From: Basidiobolus meristosporus CBS 931.73
Lineage: Eukaryota > Fungi > Basidiobolomycota
Assembly (NCBI GenBank): GCA_002104905.1
Contig: MCFE01000245.1
Span: forward strand, 1-64,000
Direction of reading: 5' to 3'
Length of the DNA stretch: 64,000 bases
Of this stretch, positions 24,290 through 38,796 are shown one piece after another. Positions within the stretch are counted from its first letter, which is position 1, and each line of letters opens with the position of its first letter. A program made the position numbers and the translations under genes. The notes beneath the pieces are model-generated. The model made no database searches. It saw only the letters and a list, made by a program, of their open reading frames with translations, and was not told the origin of the DNA.

Positions 24290-26901
24290 CTATTTCACTC
24301 GGAAAAAGCTAACTCCGTTTTTGGCAGCGTCAACTGCCTCTATCAAACTCTTTTCATCCTCCGGCGTCCATAATTTGTCCGCGGGGATATCACTTAGCTT
24401 TTGAGTTTTGAAAAGCTCGGAATATTCGTTCTTCTTGTTCGTCAGCCTAGACGGAATGGTAAGGATCCCCTCTCTCAGAACACCGGTAGAATAATGTTAC
24501 CTCTTGACTCTTCTGGCGTCACCATGCCCACTGAGGACAATGAACGCTGTTCTCTTCGGCAGGCTTTCATAAAGATTTTCGATGTGGGAACTCAGCTCAA
24601 TTAAGGCTGGATCCAGAATATCCAATGGTAGCTGCTTTACGTCCGCATCTGCAGTACTTGATGTTGACGAGTCTACCGAGCTGCCTAAATGGAAGGTCAC
24701 ATCAGAGATCACGGAATATCTACAGTTAATAGCTTATCACTTACCATACAAGCTTTCTAGACTCTTGAATCGAGTCCATATGAAGTCGTGATCTTGAGCC
24801 TTGTCAGCAACTTCACGAACCACCTAGTTTCCCAATATCAACAAAGAACTCTCTTTCGAAATTAGTGGCGTGGACATACCTGTTCATCGTCAGCACACTC
24901 CACCTGTGTCTGGGCATCAGAACCGTAGATAAGCGCCGGTCCTTTATGATCAATCACCGCACCTAGCTTTGGTCGAGGTTGATGTCGACCCAGTCTTACG
25001 AAAATCGACTCTGTATCCACCATAAAAACCCCGAAATCCGGCCCTTTCAGCCAAACTGTTAATAACCTCATCCAGTCAGACCTAAATCGGGGATTTACCT
25101 CTCTTCAGCTTCAGCTTCAATAAGTCGATGCAAGTACTTGCATCTTCAGCACTGTCGTGACCAACAATCCCAGGTTCGTTTGTCTTCTGGATATCACGCG
25201 AGAGCCATTTGTTTGCTAGCCACTTGAGTCCAGGTTTGTAGGGCGGCCCACGGGTATGAGTATATATAATGGCGGTGTCGATGATATATGGGTGGACAAG
25301 CTGAAAAAATGAGATGGATCAGCTACCGGATTGCATCTTATTTTAGATGCTCTGCCGCTTACCTTCAGAGCATTCAAATCGCTGTTAAGAGAATGTCCGA
25401 CTAAAATGACGTGATGATCAATTATTTCCAATAGTCTTCTCTGGACATCCTCTAACCTCGTGGTCACATCCTTCAGCGTCTCTTCCGTGATACCACTGAA
25501 GCTGTAGAAGGATGCGTTTAGTAAGCGAGGGTAGGAAGATTGGCCAGCACTGTCTAACTTACTGTGTCACATAGTCGATAATCGCGTTATCAGGTTTGAC
25601 CAGCTCATCAAATATGACTTTGCATCCATAATCAACCAGAGTCACTCGTGTCACTTCCATGCCGTTTTCCGTTTTGCACTAGCAATCGAACGCATGAATA
25701 TCCGACCAACGGAATCAACGATAGCTAGAAATTTTACCATTTCGCAATCTAAGCCAATAATCGTCCTAGGCTCAGCCAAACGAGCGGTATCCGTACAAGG
25801 CTTGGTTTCCACCCAACCATCAGGAAGGCTCTCCATTCTGGATATGGAGATGGGCAGTGGATACTCGGAATCAATAAGCTGTACATTTGTCATCATGTAA
25901 TATTCGGGGTTCTTCGTTGACTTGTTTTTGGCGCCTGCGAACACAAAGGTATAAGCAAGTGTTCGAAATACATTGAGTGGTTAGCTTGCAACTGACGAAC
26001 TCGTGCTTCCTCTACTCTTCTCTGCTTTTCCGACTTGCTTAATGGGCAGTTCATGAAGTTCATAAGAGGTGAATGAAGTCTACTTCTATCGGTTGGCCCT
26101 TTGGTGGGACATACGTGTGTGAATATACTAGTCAATGCACCAAACATTTTTTCTGTGCCTCCGACCAAATGCCTGAAGGGATTGCATTTAGTGGCACTGG
26201 TTGTATATTGTTTTCATGTATGCCTTGAAAGGGTAGCCCCACACTCAAGTAAGGGATTATTACGACCACAACCTTGGATATATTGACCTTGTTCTGATAT
26301 TGGTGAGTAATAACCCTCCAATACAACGTGGCGGATGTTGGTGAAATACCTTGACAAGCATCCAAGAAGGATTAATACCGTCGCTAATGCACCAAAGAAC
26401 CAAATCTCGAATGTCCTAGATTAACTTGGATTTAACAACCAGCCAAAATCTATGCTATCATGACTGGTAATACTTTCACACTTAATGCAGATTTAAATCC
26501 TGCCATGTTGTAATAGAACTCCGGATATTGCTTAGGTAAAAGTAGCAAAAAGTTTTAACTAGAGCACGGTTGAAAGTCGAAGAAAAAGCATGTACATTAG
26601 GATCATCTTGTTTTTCTTGCTGTTTCTTCTGCTTTTTTAGTTTTCTTCTTTCTGTGCGAGATAATTGCACCTCTAGTTCAAATAGGAATCAGCAAACAGG
26701 AATTTGTATCATGAGGTAGGCTGATTTACCAAAGCCATCATTATCTACGAGATCTAGCTTGCGCTTAGTATTTTCTGACTGAGCAGTTTCGTTGGGTTCA
26801 ACTTTTGGAAGCATCAAAGTATAACGTATATTCAACTTGCTCCGGTATATCGTCTATACCACAGAAGAGATTGAGCTTTATACTTGGAAAAGTGACCGCA
26901 T
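24290..26901 (-). CDS. DEDDh 3'-5' RNA exonuclease (Rex1/Rnh70/REXO5-like)
   Basis: Many exons; IIGLDCEM (Exo I), ELVKP..IIDYVTQ|FSGIT, LVGHSLNSDLNAL (Exo II), IIDTAIIY, GHDSAEDA (Exo III); C-terminal LYESLPKRTAFIVLSGHGD and AKNGVSFF. Start approximate. Confidence 0.9.
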
Positions 26902-27141
26902 CCTGGATTTAACACGTATTGATTGGCTAAGGTGAGGTTTTTTCAATTGGTGTGTAGAATAAATCTCGACTAGTATGTTCAATATTCTTGGGCGGATACA
27001 TGGAAATTATCCATTTTACATAGTTTAGAATTTTCATCACTGTCATGAAATTCCTGCCGAAAAATTCCCCGACTTTGGCCTCAGAAAAAAAAAATAAATG
27101 ATAGAAGAGAGTCATGGCCGGCAACAGTTTACTTGTACAAA

Positions 27142-28139
27142 ATGCCCAACAAACGCAAGCTTCCCAAAAAAGCAACCCCTCAGAGGTAACCGCCACTCGA
27201 TTCTCGTGTTCCAAGTGACGAGATGCTCACTACTTCCCCATTTATGGTAGCTACGATCAAGCTCCTAAGAAAGATGTCATCCCTGATATGCCGCGAAAAT
27301 TCGCGCGGCTATTGAACTCGGAGGAGATTGCAAAGAGAAAGAAAGGTATATTATAGTGCTGATGGCTTCTGTTGCATCCATCTACTAACCTGAACGCTTA
27401 GAGAAAACCCCTGCTCAGTCGGGCAAAGCTCAGGTAGATCTAGTTGAAATTGTTGACTTTATAAACGTTGAACCGAGTCTTATATCTTGCCGTGCATAGG
27501 AGCTCACCCTTAAACCAAGAGAGACTCTGAAAGAATTCAATCGGTAATATATTCTCTTGTATTCCACGGTGATCTCATAGTCTGATCTTTTGTGCACTTT
27601 GTCAGACGAGTCGATCAGGAATTCAACAGTGAAATTTCCAAAGCAGGAAGCACAAGAAAGAAGGAGAAAAGAAAGCTGTAAATATGGGATTGCTTAGCTT
27701 TTGTTTGATGACTCGTGCTAAGCCTTCATATCTTCCCTTAGCTATAAAGAAAAGAAAATCCTTAAGGAGAGGGCCAAGAAAGAGCTACAGTGGGAAGACA
27801 GTCATGCAAAGGATTTCCATAATCTCGAGGACAAGGTCAAATTCGGGGAAATCGTAGATGCCCCACCCATCATCAAGGCCGTCCCCAAAGCTCGAAAGCT
27901 CTTTATTGTAAGTTGGATTTCCACACTAGTTGTAGTCACATTTGATATTTACCTTTACACAGCCACGTCAGAAGGAGGAATCCGATGATGAGCCTCAAGA
28001 GCAGGAGAAGCGTAAAAATAAGGGAAAACTCAGAATGCTCTCCGCAGCCCAACAAAGAATCATCGGTGCCGAGAGAGAGAGGGCTATTGCCTCCTATAGA
28101 GCACTAAAGAAGGCCCGCATGAACCAACCTGCTCAATAG
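27142..28139 (+). CDS. CCDC137: CCDC137-like nucleolar protein
   Basis: Small exons give DMPRKFARLL, LKPRETLKEFNRR, DKVKFGEIVDAPP and QRIIGAERERAIASYRALK, matching CCDC137 conserved blocks as I recall them. Confidence 0.75.
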
Positions 28140-28608
28140 TTCAGAACATTCATAGGCTATTATTGTAATATAATAAATGCGCATGTATATGGCGGTAGAC
28201 ATTTAATTAGCGGATGTTGTACACATGAGCTTGGTTTATTTTTGCAACGCTGTGAGCATATGGGCTTGACTGAAGGGACTGGCGGTGTCCTCTACGACAC
28301 AGCAGTCGTCAAGTGACAGTGGGAGTCGACAAATTATGCAACGATCAAATTTTCTCTCCGTATTTCTAGAATTATGACAATGTTTCGTTTTTAGAAAATT
28401 TAATTATGGGGATTCCCCACACAGTTCAACCATTGGGACCGAAAAATTTTACTTTCTAAGTTAACCGCAGAATTGAACCCCCGTCGCATGAATGGACCCC
28501 GCGCTGCCAGCGAAATCAAAAAAATTGCACTCTACAAATCTTTATATCTTCATGCTCTGCTGAGGGACAATCTTGCTTCTGTACTCCTCTTCTTGCCTGT
28601 AGGTTAAC

Positions 28609-29106
28609 ATGCTTCTCAAGTCCGCCGGTTGCTCAGCTGCTAAAGCTCTCTATCAGCAATCTCTTCGCCGTGGTTTATCCACCAGTGCCAGAGTTTTGAC
28701 TGCCTCCCTTGCCAGCAGTGCTAACCCTCTTACCCAAGCAGGCAAGACCCTTCTTGCTAGACATGCTGCTGTTGCTATGACCCCCACCCGTTTCGCTCTC
28801 CAGCGCTTCGGAAACTTTGGTCTCCGTCACATGGCTACCGAGACTGGCAAATTCAACCGTGAAAAGCCCCACGTCAACATTGGTACCATTGGTCACGTCG
28901 ATCACGGAAAGACCACTCTTACCGCTGCTATTACCAAGGTTCTTGCCGAGGCTGGTGGTGCCGAGTTCCGTGACTACGGAGAAATTGATAAAGCTCCTGA
29001 AGAACGTGCCAGAGGTATTACTATCTCCACCGCTCACGTCGAGTACCAAACCGACACCAGACATTATGCCCACGTTGACTGTCCTGGTCACGCTGATTAC
29101 ATCAAG

Positions 29107-29141
<35 letters not shown>

Positions 29142-30042
29142 CATCATTGTTGTGTCCGCCACTGATGGTCAAATGCCTCAGACTCGTGAGCATTTGTTGT
29201 TGGCCCGCCAAGTCGGTGTCCAACACTTGGTTGTCTTCATCAACAAGGTTGATGCCGTTGATGATCCTGAGATGTTGGAGTTGGTCGAGATGGAAATGCG
29301 TGATTTGCTTTCCCAATACGGTTTCCCCGGAGACAACGTCCCCATCATCCAAGGTTCCGCTCTCTGCGCTCTTGAGGACCGCAACCCCGAGATCGGCCGT
29401 AACGCCATCATGAAGTTGATGGAGGCTGTTGATAGCAGCATCCCCACTCCTGCCCGTGACTTGGACAAACCTTTCCTCATGCCCGTTGAAGATGTGTTCT
29501 CCATCTCTGGCCGTGGTACTGTTGCCACCGGACGTGTTGAGCGTGGTATGGTCACCAAGGGTTCTGAAGTTGAAATTGTCGGTATGGGCGAGCACTTCAA
29601 GACCACTTTGACCGGTATTGAAATGTTCCACAAGGAATTGGACAAGGGTATGGCCGGTGACAACATGGGTTGCTTGCTTCGTGGTGTCAAGCGTGAGCAA
29701 GTCCGTCGTGGTATGGTTATCTGTGCCCCCGGATCCGTCAAGCCACACAAGAAGTTCATGGCTCAGCTCTACATTCTCACCAAGGATGAGGGAGGTCGTC
29801 ACACTCCCTTCGTCAACAACTACCGCCCACAAATGTTCTTCAGAACCGTTGATGTTACCGCCATCCTTAAGCATCCCCCTGGTACCCCCGATGCTGATGA
29901 GAAGATGGTCATGCCCGGAGACAACGTTCAACTTGAGTGCGAGCTCTTGACTGATGTTGCCATTGAGTCTGGTCTTCGCTTCACCATTCGTGAGGGTGGT
30001 AAGACCGTCGGCACTGGTGTCGTTACCGAGATCTTGGATTAA
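28609..30042 (+). CDS. TUF1: Mitochondrial translation elongation factor Tu
   Basis: 477-aa intronless ORF with presequence; [33 protein letters not shown]. Confidence 0.98.
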
Positions 30043-30349
30043 GCTACCACTTGGTTTACCTGGCCCCTTTTCAGTTTCTCCAGGTCCATCTGTTCTATCA
30101 ACATTAGAAAGTACAAACACATTTCATTACAAGGAACCCCAGTTTAATGGAATCCATATATTTCCCTCTTGCATGATACATAATAAATTCTCAGTTTACA
30201 ATCAGGAATCGTTAGTGCAGACGGTTGAAAAAGGCACAATTCACGAGACGACTAGTTTATTTTCCAACAGATTTTACAGAGAACCGATTCTAAGACGTAT
30301 AGACTGTATACAAGAGAGGACTTAAGAGTGTAAGCGCAGCGGGGGTGGC

Positions 30350-31178
<829 letters not shown>

Positions 31179-31816
31179 AGTAGCGTAGAGTCACTGATTA
31201 ATCCAAGGGACAACGTCGCCGCGTCAACTTTACAGTTCTCTAAAATACTGAATTCCTTTGCAAATCGATGGACTCCGAATCGTTTTTTTTGCATTTTTTT
31301 TCCCGATCATTGGGGCGGAATGGGCGGAGTTCCTTCGCGTGATGGCTCCAACCCCCATTTCACGGAACCGCGAGGCATACCAGCCTGTTACTCAAGCCTG
31401 GACGATCCTCAATGAAGTGAGCTTCATTTCCCATTACAGTAGCCAGCTATGTGGAAAACGTCACTTGACCTTGCTGAACGGATGTTACCTGACACTGCAG
31501 CATCGCGCATTCGGCGGCATCTCCTTAGCGGCCATCATCTTATCATCGGATCAAGTCTCGGCTCAAGGCTGGCCGGAAATAAGCACTCACCATGGATGGG
31601 AATCTGGATGAAATCAATCAACGATTTAAGCATCCTCTGCAATGATAAACGAGTTCGTTTAGTGTGACATCTTTGGCATTTCGTGCAGTATGCTGCGCAT
31701 CGGTCATTTGCGAAAAATTTCTTTCTAATCGATGGGTTTTGCGATCTGTCCGAGTGTTCATAGAGCATTTTTGTTGACTTCGTTTTGTTACCCGTCGCAA
31801 CTTTAATTTTGTGAAC

Positions 31817-32871
31817 ATGAACAGAATCGTTGTACGTATGCTAACTTGTTCGTTTGGTCGTGTCCTCTATTTGGGTACGGTTACTTATTGGTTGTCTATT
31901 GTACTACAGAAAGCGAACGGCATTCAGCGTGGCCTTGTAAGCTTAAGCCGCCAAAACACAAGTGCTGCATTATTGGGTGGGGTCAAGTGTTATCAAAAGG
32001 TACCCATTTATCTGACGAGTGCTCTCTGAATCGGTTCCTGATGTTTATGCTCATGTAGACATATGCTACAACCTCTAGCCAAGACGATGTTCAGAAGGAT
32101 GAAGAGAAGCCCAAAAGCTTGTTTGCTAAATTGATGAGCCCTGTTGTTGACTACTACAAGCCAAAGTATCACGCCATCCGTCTTGGAGAAGTCTTCTACA
32201 AAGTTTGTGCTGAGCAAGGCTATGACAAAGAATTTTACATCAAAAGTTGGTGACACTCGCTGGTTTTGTTTCGAACTTTTCTAACCTGTTCACGTAGATT
32301 GCAACCTTCCAGATAACTTCCAAACATGGTTTTCTATCACCCAACTTCACGTTTGGATGCTCATGGTCAGACTCCGACCAGAACCCAATGGCAAGGAAAT
32401 CATCCAGCAGATGGTCAATTTCTATTTCTTGGATGCCGAGCAACGCATCAAGGATGCTGGGGTAGGTGTCGCTCAATTCATGACTATATTCATGGGGGCC
32501 TTTGAATACTAAGCGTATTTACAGGTCACTTCTGGTAAAATTGTCACCAGTACCGTCAAAGACCTAGTGGCCGGATTTCACGGAGGCGTGATGGCCTATG
32601 ATGAAGGCATGTGCAAGGATGACCCTGTTTTGGCTGCTGCACTATGGAGGTTCGTGTGTATTACCTTGACCCTCAGCTTGCGAGCCAGCTAACGTAAAAT
32701 TTCGTATTCCGTAGAAACCTTTTCACCACTGTTTTGAGCCACAAGCATGGCAAGGAGATGGCATATATGACACGTTATGTACGTGAGCAGCTATCACATC
32801 TTGACAAAATTTCTTCTGAGGATCTCCAGGCCGGAGACTTGACATTTGGCAAGCCCAAAGCATCCCTATAA
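31817..32871 (+). CDS. CBP3: Ubiquinol-cytochrome c reductase assembly chaperone Cbp3/UQCC1
   Basis: LPDNFQTWFSITQLHVWMLMVRLR, FHGGVMAYDEGM..DPVLAAALW|RNLF, YVREQL motifs across 5 exons. Confidence 0.92.
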
Positions 32872-33225
32872 GCTCACCACCCCACATTTCACAAACATGT
32901 ATTCTTACACCAAGTAATACTTCATAAACCGCATCTCATGCACACTTCAAACAACTTCTTAATACTGATCAGCTCCACCCACCATCAGTTCCATCCACCG
33001 ATATAACACAAATAAATTTTTTAGCGATCCCAATATTGAGGGGCCTTTGTTGTAAAAATTATAGCCCCATACCCCACATTGATTTCGCTTGGGGGTTTAG
33101 AAAGGTGGGACTCCATTAGCCAGGGAAAAAAGCCCATCAAATAATCTGGGAAAGGCTCGCTTAAGGTTAGCTTACACACCAGAAGCCTTCTATTTTTGCT
33201 TGAAACTCGTGTAAATTCCACCATC

Positions 33226-34054
33226 ATGCCTGAAGTTGCTGTAGAAACTCCCTATCCCATTATCGATACGGACCCTCACTTTTTCCGTGTCATACGCTAT
33301 TTCCGTCTCGAAGATTACGCCCTTATTGCTGCTGGCACTGCCGCCTTCCCCGGCGCTATGCATCTTATGGGTAAGTTTTTTACTTTCCTCGACCAGGGGC
33401 TTTCTACGCCGGCGCTCGTTAGTATTTCTGAGCGGTCAAGTGCCCCATTTCCACTGTTACCTCGTTACTACGGTGCTTTGTGTGCCCACATAAGCGTTGT
33501 TGTTATCTTGTGTAAAGTTACTTAAACGCCATCCTTTTGCTACGCTCTACAGAATACATCCATCCTACCGGTTCCCGCCTCAACCCCGGTTTGTGGAGAA
33601 ATGCTATGAGATCCTCCATTTTCTTCGGTGCCGTCGGTAGTTTCCTGTTGGCCTACCAAAACAGCAGTTGTAAGTAGTTTATAGTGTGAGATTGCAGTAT
33701 GTGCTGGAAGTTAAGCGAACTTGTTTTTAGTCCGTTTCTGGGGTTGGAGAGAGAACGAGCGCGAAGTCAAGAAGGACTTTGTCGAGTTGAGACAAAGAGC
33801 TGCTGAGGGCAAGCCATTGTATGGCAACTCCAACATGAACGAATACTCGCAAAGAGTTGCTGCACAGAATTCTCGTTATTCTGCCCTTAAATTCTGTAAG
33901 TGAGATGTGTTTCCGGAATATATTCTGTTCCTGTCAACTCAAACCTCCCATTCCAGCTGCCGTTCCCTTCTTCAACTTCGCCAATCATAACTACCACGGA
34001 GTTGACACTGCCAAATACTACGAGGGACTTGATCAAAACAAGAACTTGGAATAA
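33226..34054 (+). CDS. Fungal complex I 21-kDa accessory subunit (NUXM/NUO-21 type)
   Basis: YPIIDTDPHFFRVIRYFR, FLLAYQNSS|FRFWGWRENERE, RVAAQNSRYS, VPFFNFANHNYHGVDTAKYY. Confidence 0.9.
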
Positions 34055-34453
34055 ATCAATGTCGATTTCCCGAGCCTCCCTCTGGGGATTCATGTTTCCT
34101 TCCTGTTAGCTTTACAAACTCAATTGAAATTTATTGCATTCCTTTGCCACCCCACCATCCACAACTCTAAACCCTGTTTGTATGTTGATTTCATTAGATA
34201 TTTGTGAAATCTTACGACCAACAGGCCTACCAAGTTAACTGTCCTTTTATAAAATATATAAAACAAGTGCGAGTCCTATTTGTAGAGTATATTTATATTC
34301 TTCATCTTGTATTACTTGGTGAGAGGGATGTGGAGACACTAGTCAATCAAAGGAGCGAAACCGCTTGGTGTATTGCGCATGCGACAATTATTAACGCCTT
34401 TGGAGGGAAACCTAGTTCAAAAGATCTGGTCAAACACACGATGCAAGTTTCCA

Positions 34454-35902
34454 TCAACGCTCGGTCAAATTGAAATTGGGCCCTCCTGGAGTAGTAGCAT
34501 GAGCGGTCTGGTTCCATGACAGATAGGTATGGTCCCCAAGTTTTCTACATTGGAGAATGTAGACGTTAATTAGAGCAGCTCAACATCTCTTCCAAGCCAT
34601 TTCCCCTTACCTCGGTTTATACAGATGCCTGGCGGTGAATAATGCGCCCAACACTACACAGGCCACCCCAACGGCGATATAGGCAATACCAAGGAACGGA
34701 TTTCGGCCTCCCAAGAAAGAGGCGGTGGAGATGACGATTGCTTTCGTTCCTCCGAACTTGGTGACATCAAAGTTCAAGTCAATGGTCACCTCGTATTTCC
34801 CTTCTTTCATGACGGTGGCGTCATTACGACCGTAGAGCTTTCTGAAATTTGGAAGCCCTGCGGTGCGCATCCATACCTGAAAATGCTCATCCTGGGATAT
34901 ATCTGGAGGCGGGTTATCTGCAGTATATACTCCGTTAGGATATCTGATGGCCCAATTTGGAGGGGGTCGAATCTGAGTTAGATCGGTGTATCCGCTTTTC
35001 TTGTATTTCTGGGCATCCGATGCCCAAGCGATGCCTTTCGCTTGAAATGTAAATGTTTCATTATCTGCCTGGGCGCCACCAGGAATGTTCAGGAGGACGA
35101 AATTGCTTATGGTATCTTGTAAATACCACGAGTTAGCACACGAGCAGTTTCGATACGAGATTCATTCCAGCTTACCATTGAACATAGAATTCGCTATCAG
35201 GCCACAAGGATATATAGCAACCCGATTGTTTGGATTGTTGCTGTCCGTCGTGGTGGCCAGCGGCTTACAGTTGCTATTTTCAAGGGTAGCTGCATCAACG
35301 GCCACCCCTTTGAGTTGATTGACATCAAAACTTTTGACGTAGCGACGGTGGTTTTGGTAGAAATTGGTCAGTCTGTAGTATAGGAAGACCGGTGGCTTCA
35401 GAGTGGTAGGTATATCTAGCTTGATATAGCATCGGGTTGTATTTACACTTGGATTTGTTGCCAAGGGTACGAATTCCTTGCGGTACTGTGGGATAGGGAT
35501 TTTTGAGGCGCCGGGGAAGGCTGCGTTGAATGAGTTGGAGGGCATATATGAGTAGGTTTCCGTAGCGGCGTTGCACGAGGTATAGTCAATTACTAATTCG
35601 CTAACCTAGAAGTAAGAAGGTCAATATCGAGTTGCAGGTTGATATATTGCAAAGAGATTACGCTGTCGCTGGCATATAGCAGGAGACCGCCTAATGGAGC
35701 AAAGAGAATCCCTACGATAAAGAGCGTGGGAAGGACGGTCTTGGGTGTAAGAATTGGTTGCCATGCCTTCAGACGTTGTTGCTTGAAAGCCGTATCTATG
35801 GTGCAGTGAGGAGAGGGGGTCTGGTAAATGCTTTGAAGGATACCTCAAACACGAACTTTAAGACATACTTGCTGGCTTACGGTTCTTTATTTCAGAGCTC
35901 AT
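34454..35902 (-). CDS. CDC50: CDC50/LEM3 family flippase beta subunit
   Basis: NRKPAN|[81 protein letters not shown]. Confidence 0.95.
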
Positions 35903-36356
35903 CTGCTGCAACAAGCTGGAAAGGGCGAAATTCTATACTTGGCTGTTCTGAAAGGGTAGATAGGTAAGGAGAGGCTGAGTAGGAACAATGTCACATTCCC
36001 ATGAAATTCGAACTTGATTACATTGTCCAAGCCCTACATCCTGAACGCATTTATGTGCCTTCGCAGCTACCAATCACTATTGCACCTTGGCCAAATCACT
36101 GATGTTGAATAACAGGAAGTACATTAATGTTCCTAATTTTAGCAATTTATAAATAGACTAATGAGGGTACGGTTTGATGTGCCTTAGACAGCTGATTGAT
36201 GGAAAACCAATTTATTGAAGCACCAAGATATACACAATAGAATGCAGAGCAAAATCCATTAAGAAATGAGAAACAAAAACCAAAATATCCTATGTTGATT
36301 ACAGAATGAGAAACTAAATACAAAATTGACTGTAAGTATATATACAGCGCGTATGA

Positions 36357-37640
<1,284 letters not shown>

Positions 37641-38632
37641 CCGACTAATTGTTTATTTGGAACGTCAGCTTCGAGTTATAGCTATGGATATCAAAGAAGC
37701 CCAAGAAATAGTGCGGAATAATGTGAAAGTTAGGGCAAGACGTCGCTTTGTTGATCCTCATATTTATAACAGCGATGAAGGATACCATGTCCACACGGTG
37801 TGGGGCGCATATTCCATGACCAAACGATGAAACACAGGCAAATATCTACAATTTCAATCGCTAGTGTCTCTGCTAAATCTATCAGAACGTTTCTCATGAA
37901 TACCAGTTGTGGAGTGCTCTGGAGTCTCTCTGCTTTGTGCGAGATAGCATGCCTCTTCCACGTTCGGCACGATATCATCCTGATTCAATGAGTGATCGCA
38001 TTTCTTCGGCATGAAACAACAGCAGCTCGAGTACACGATGCACAAAAGTCAACACATACTCTTGCAACGTAGGAATTAAGAATGTTTTTATGAGGCAGTT
38101 GCATAAATTTGCAGATCCTGAAATTCCACCTCGAAGTCGATCAGATGGTGAGTGCTTCGATAAACCATGCTCTTGCTTTGCTCACTGGCATACTGAGCCC
38201 GCATAACTTTGTCACCTTTCTGTGCATAGAAGTGATGTTATTCTTCCCCCATACTCTCAAATCTCTAATTCTCCGCTATCTCGCTGATTCCATGCATTAA
38301 ATCGAGCTTCGAATCCTCAGCTCTCCATCGATAACGGCCTACCCCGTGCCTTAGTTGGCTGGAATACGACCAGTCAGGTTTGGTGTTTCCAGTGTTGCTC
38401 TATGGTCGCAAAAGCCCAAGTTTCAGCGGATTGATCGCGTGTGACAGTATTTCACATACTTTTCAGGAATCCGTGACTAATGAAGGTAAGAATAATCATC
38501 AGATATGGTAGTGCCCCCAAAATTTACTGAGCCAGGATATGGAATTAGAATAGACCCTCTATATAACGTCGTATGGATCTGACACCCAAGTTTAATTACC
38601 AGAACTACAGTATTGGTCGCACGAGTTGATGT

Positions 38633-38644
38633 GGGGGGGGGGGG
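38633..38644 (+). repeat. G12 homopolymer about 150 bp upstream of kexin 1 start
   Basis: Run of 12 G read directly from the sequence. Confidence 0.8.
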
Positions 38645-38796
38645 AGTCATGAAATATGTATTGCATTCCTCCTTTCTAAGCAGTATCCCATTCTAATCTT
38701 ATATTGGGCTTAGTATTCCCACTTTAATACTATTGCGATTTCTTCATTATCTCTCTACTCTCTTTTGTACCTCCTACTAAAATATAATACAGAGCA

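Noticed and set aside
28675-30120. 481-aa antisense ORF over EF-Tu
   Set aside because: Shadow ORF expected from strong codon bias in a highly expressed gene; no recognisable protein features.
37700-38500. Short ORFs between the forkhead and kexin 1 divergent starts
   Set aside because: All under 90 aa, no motifs; consistent with a long regulatory intergenic region.
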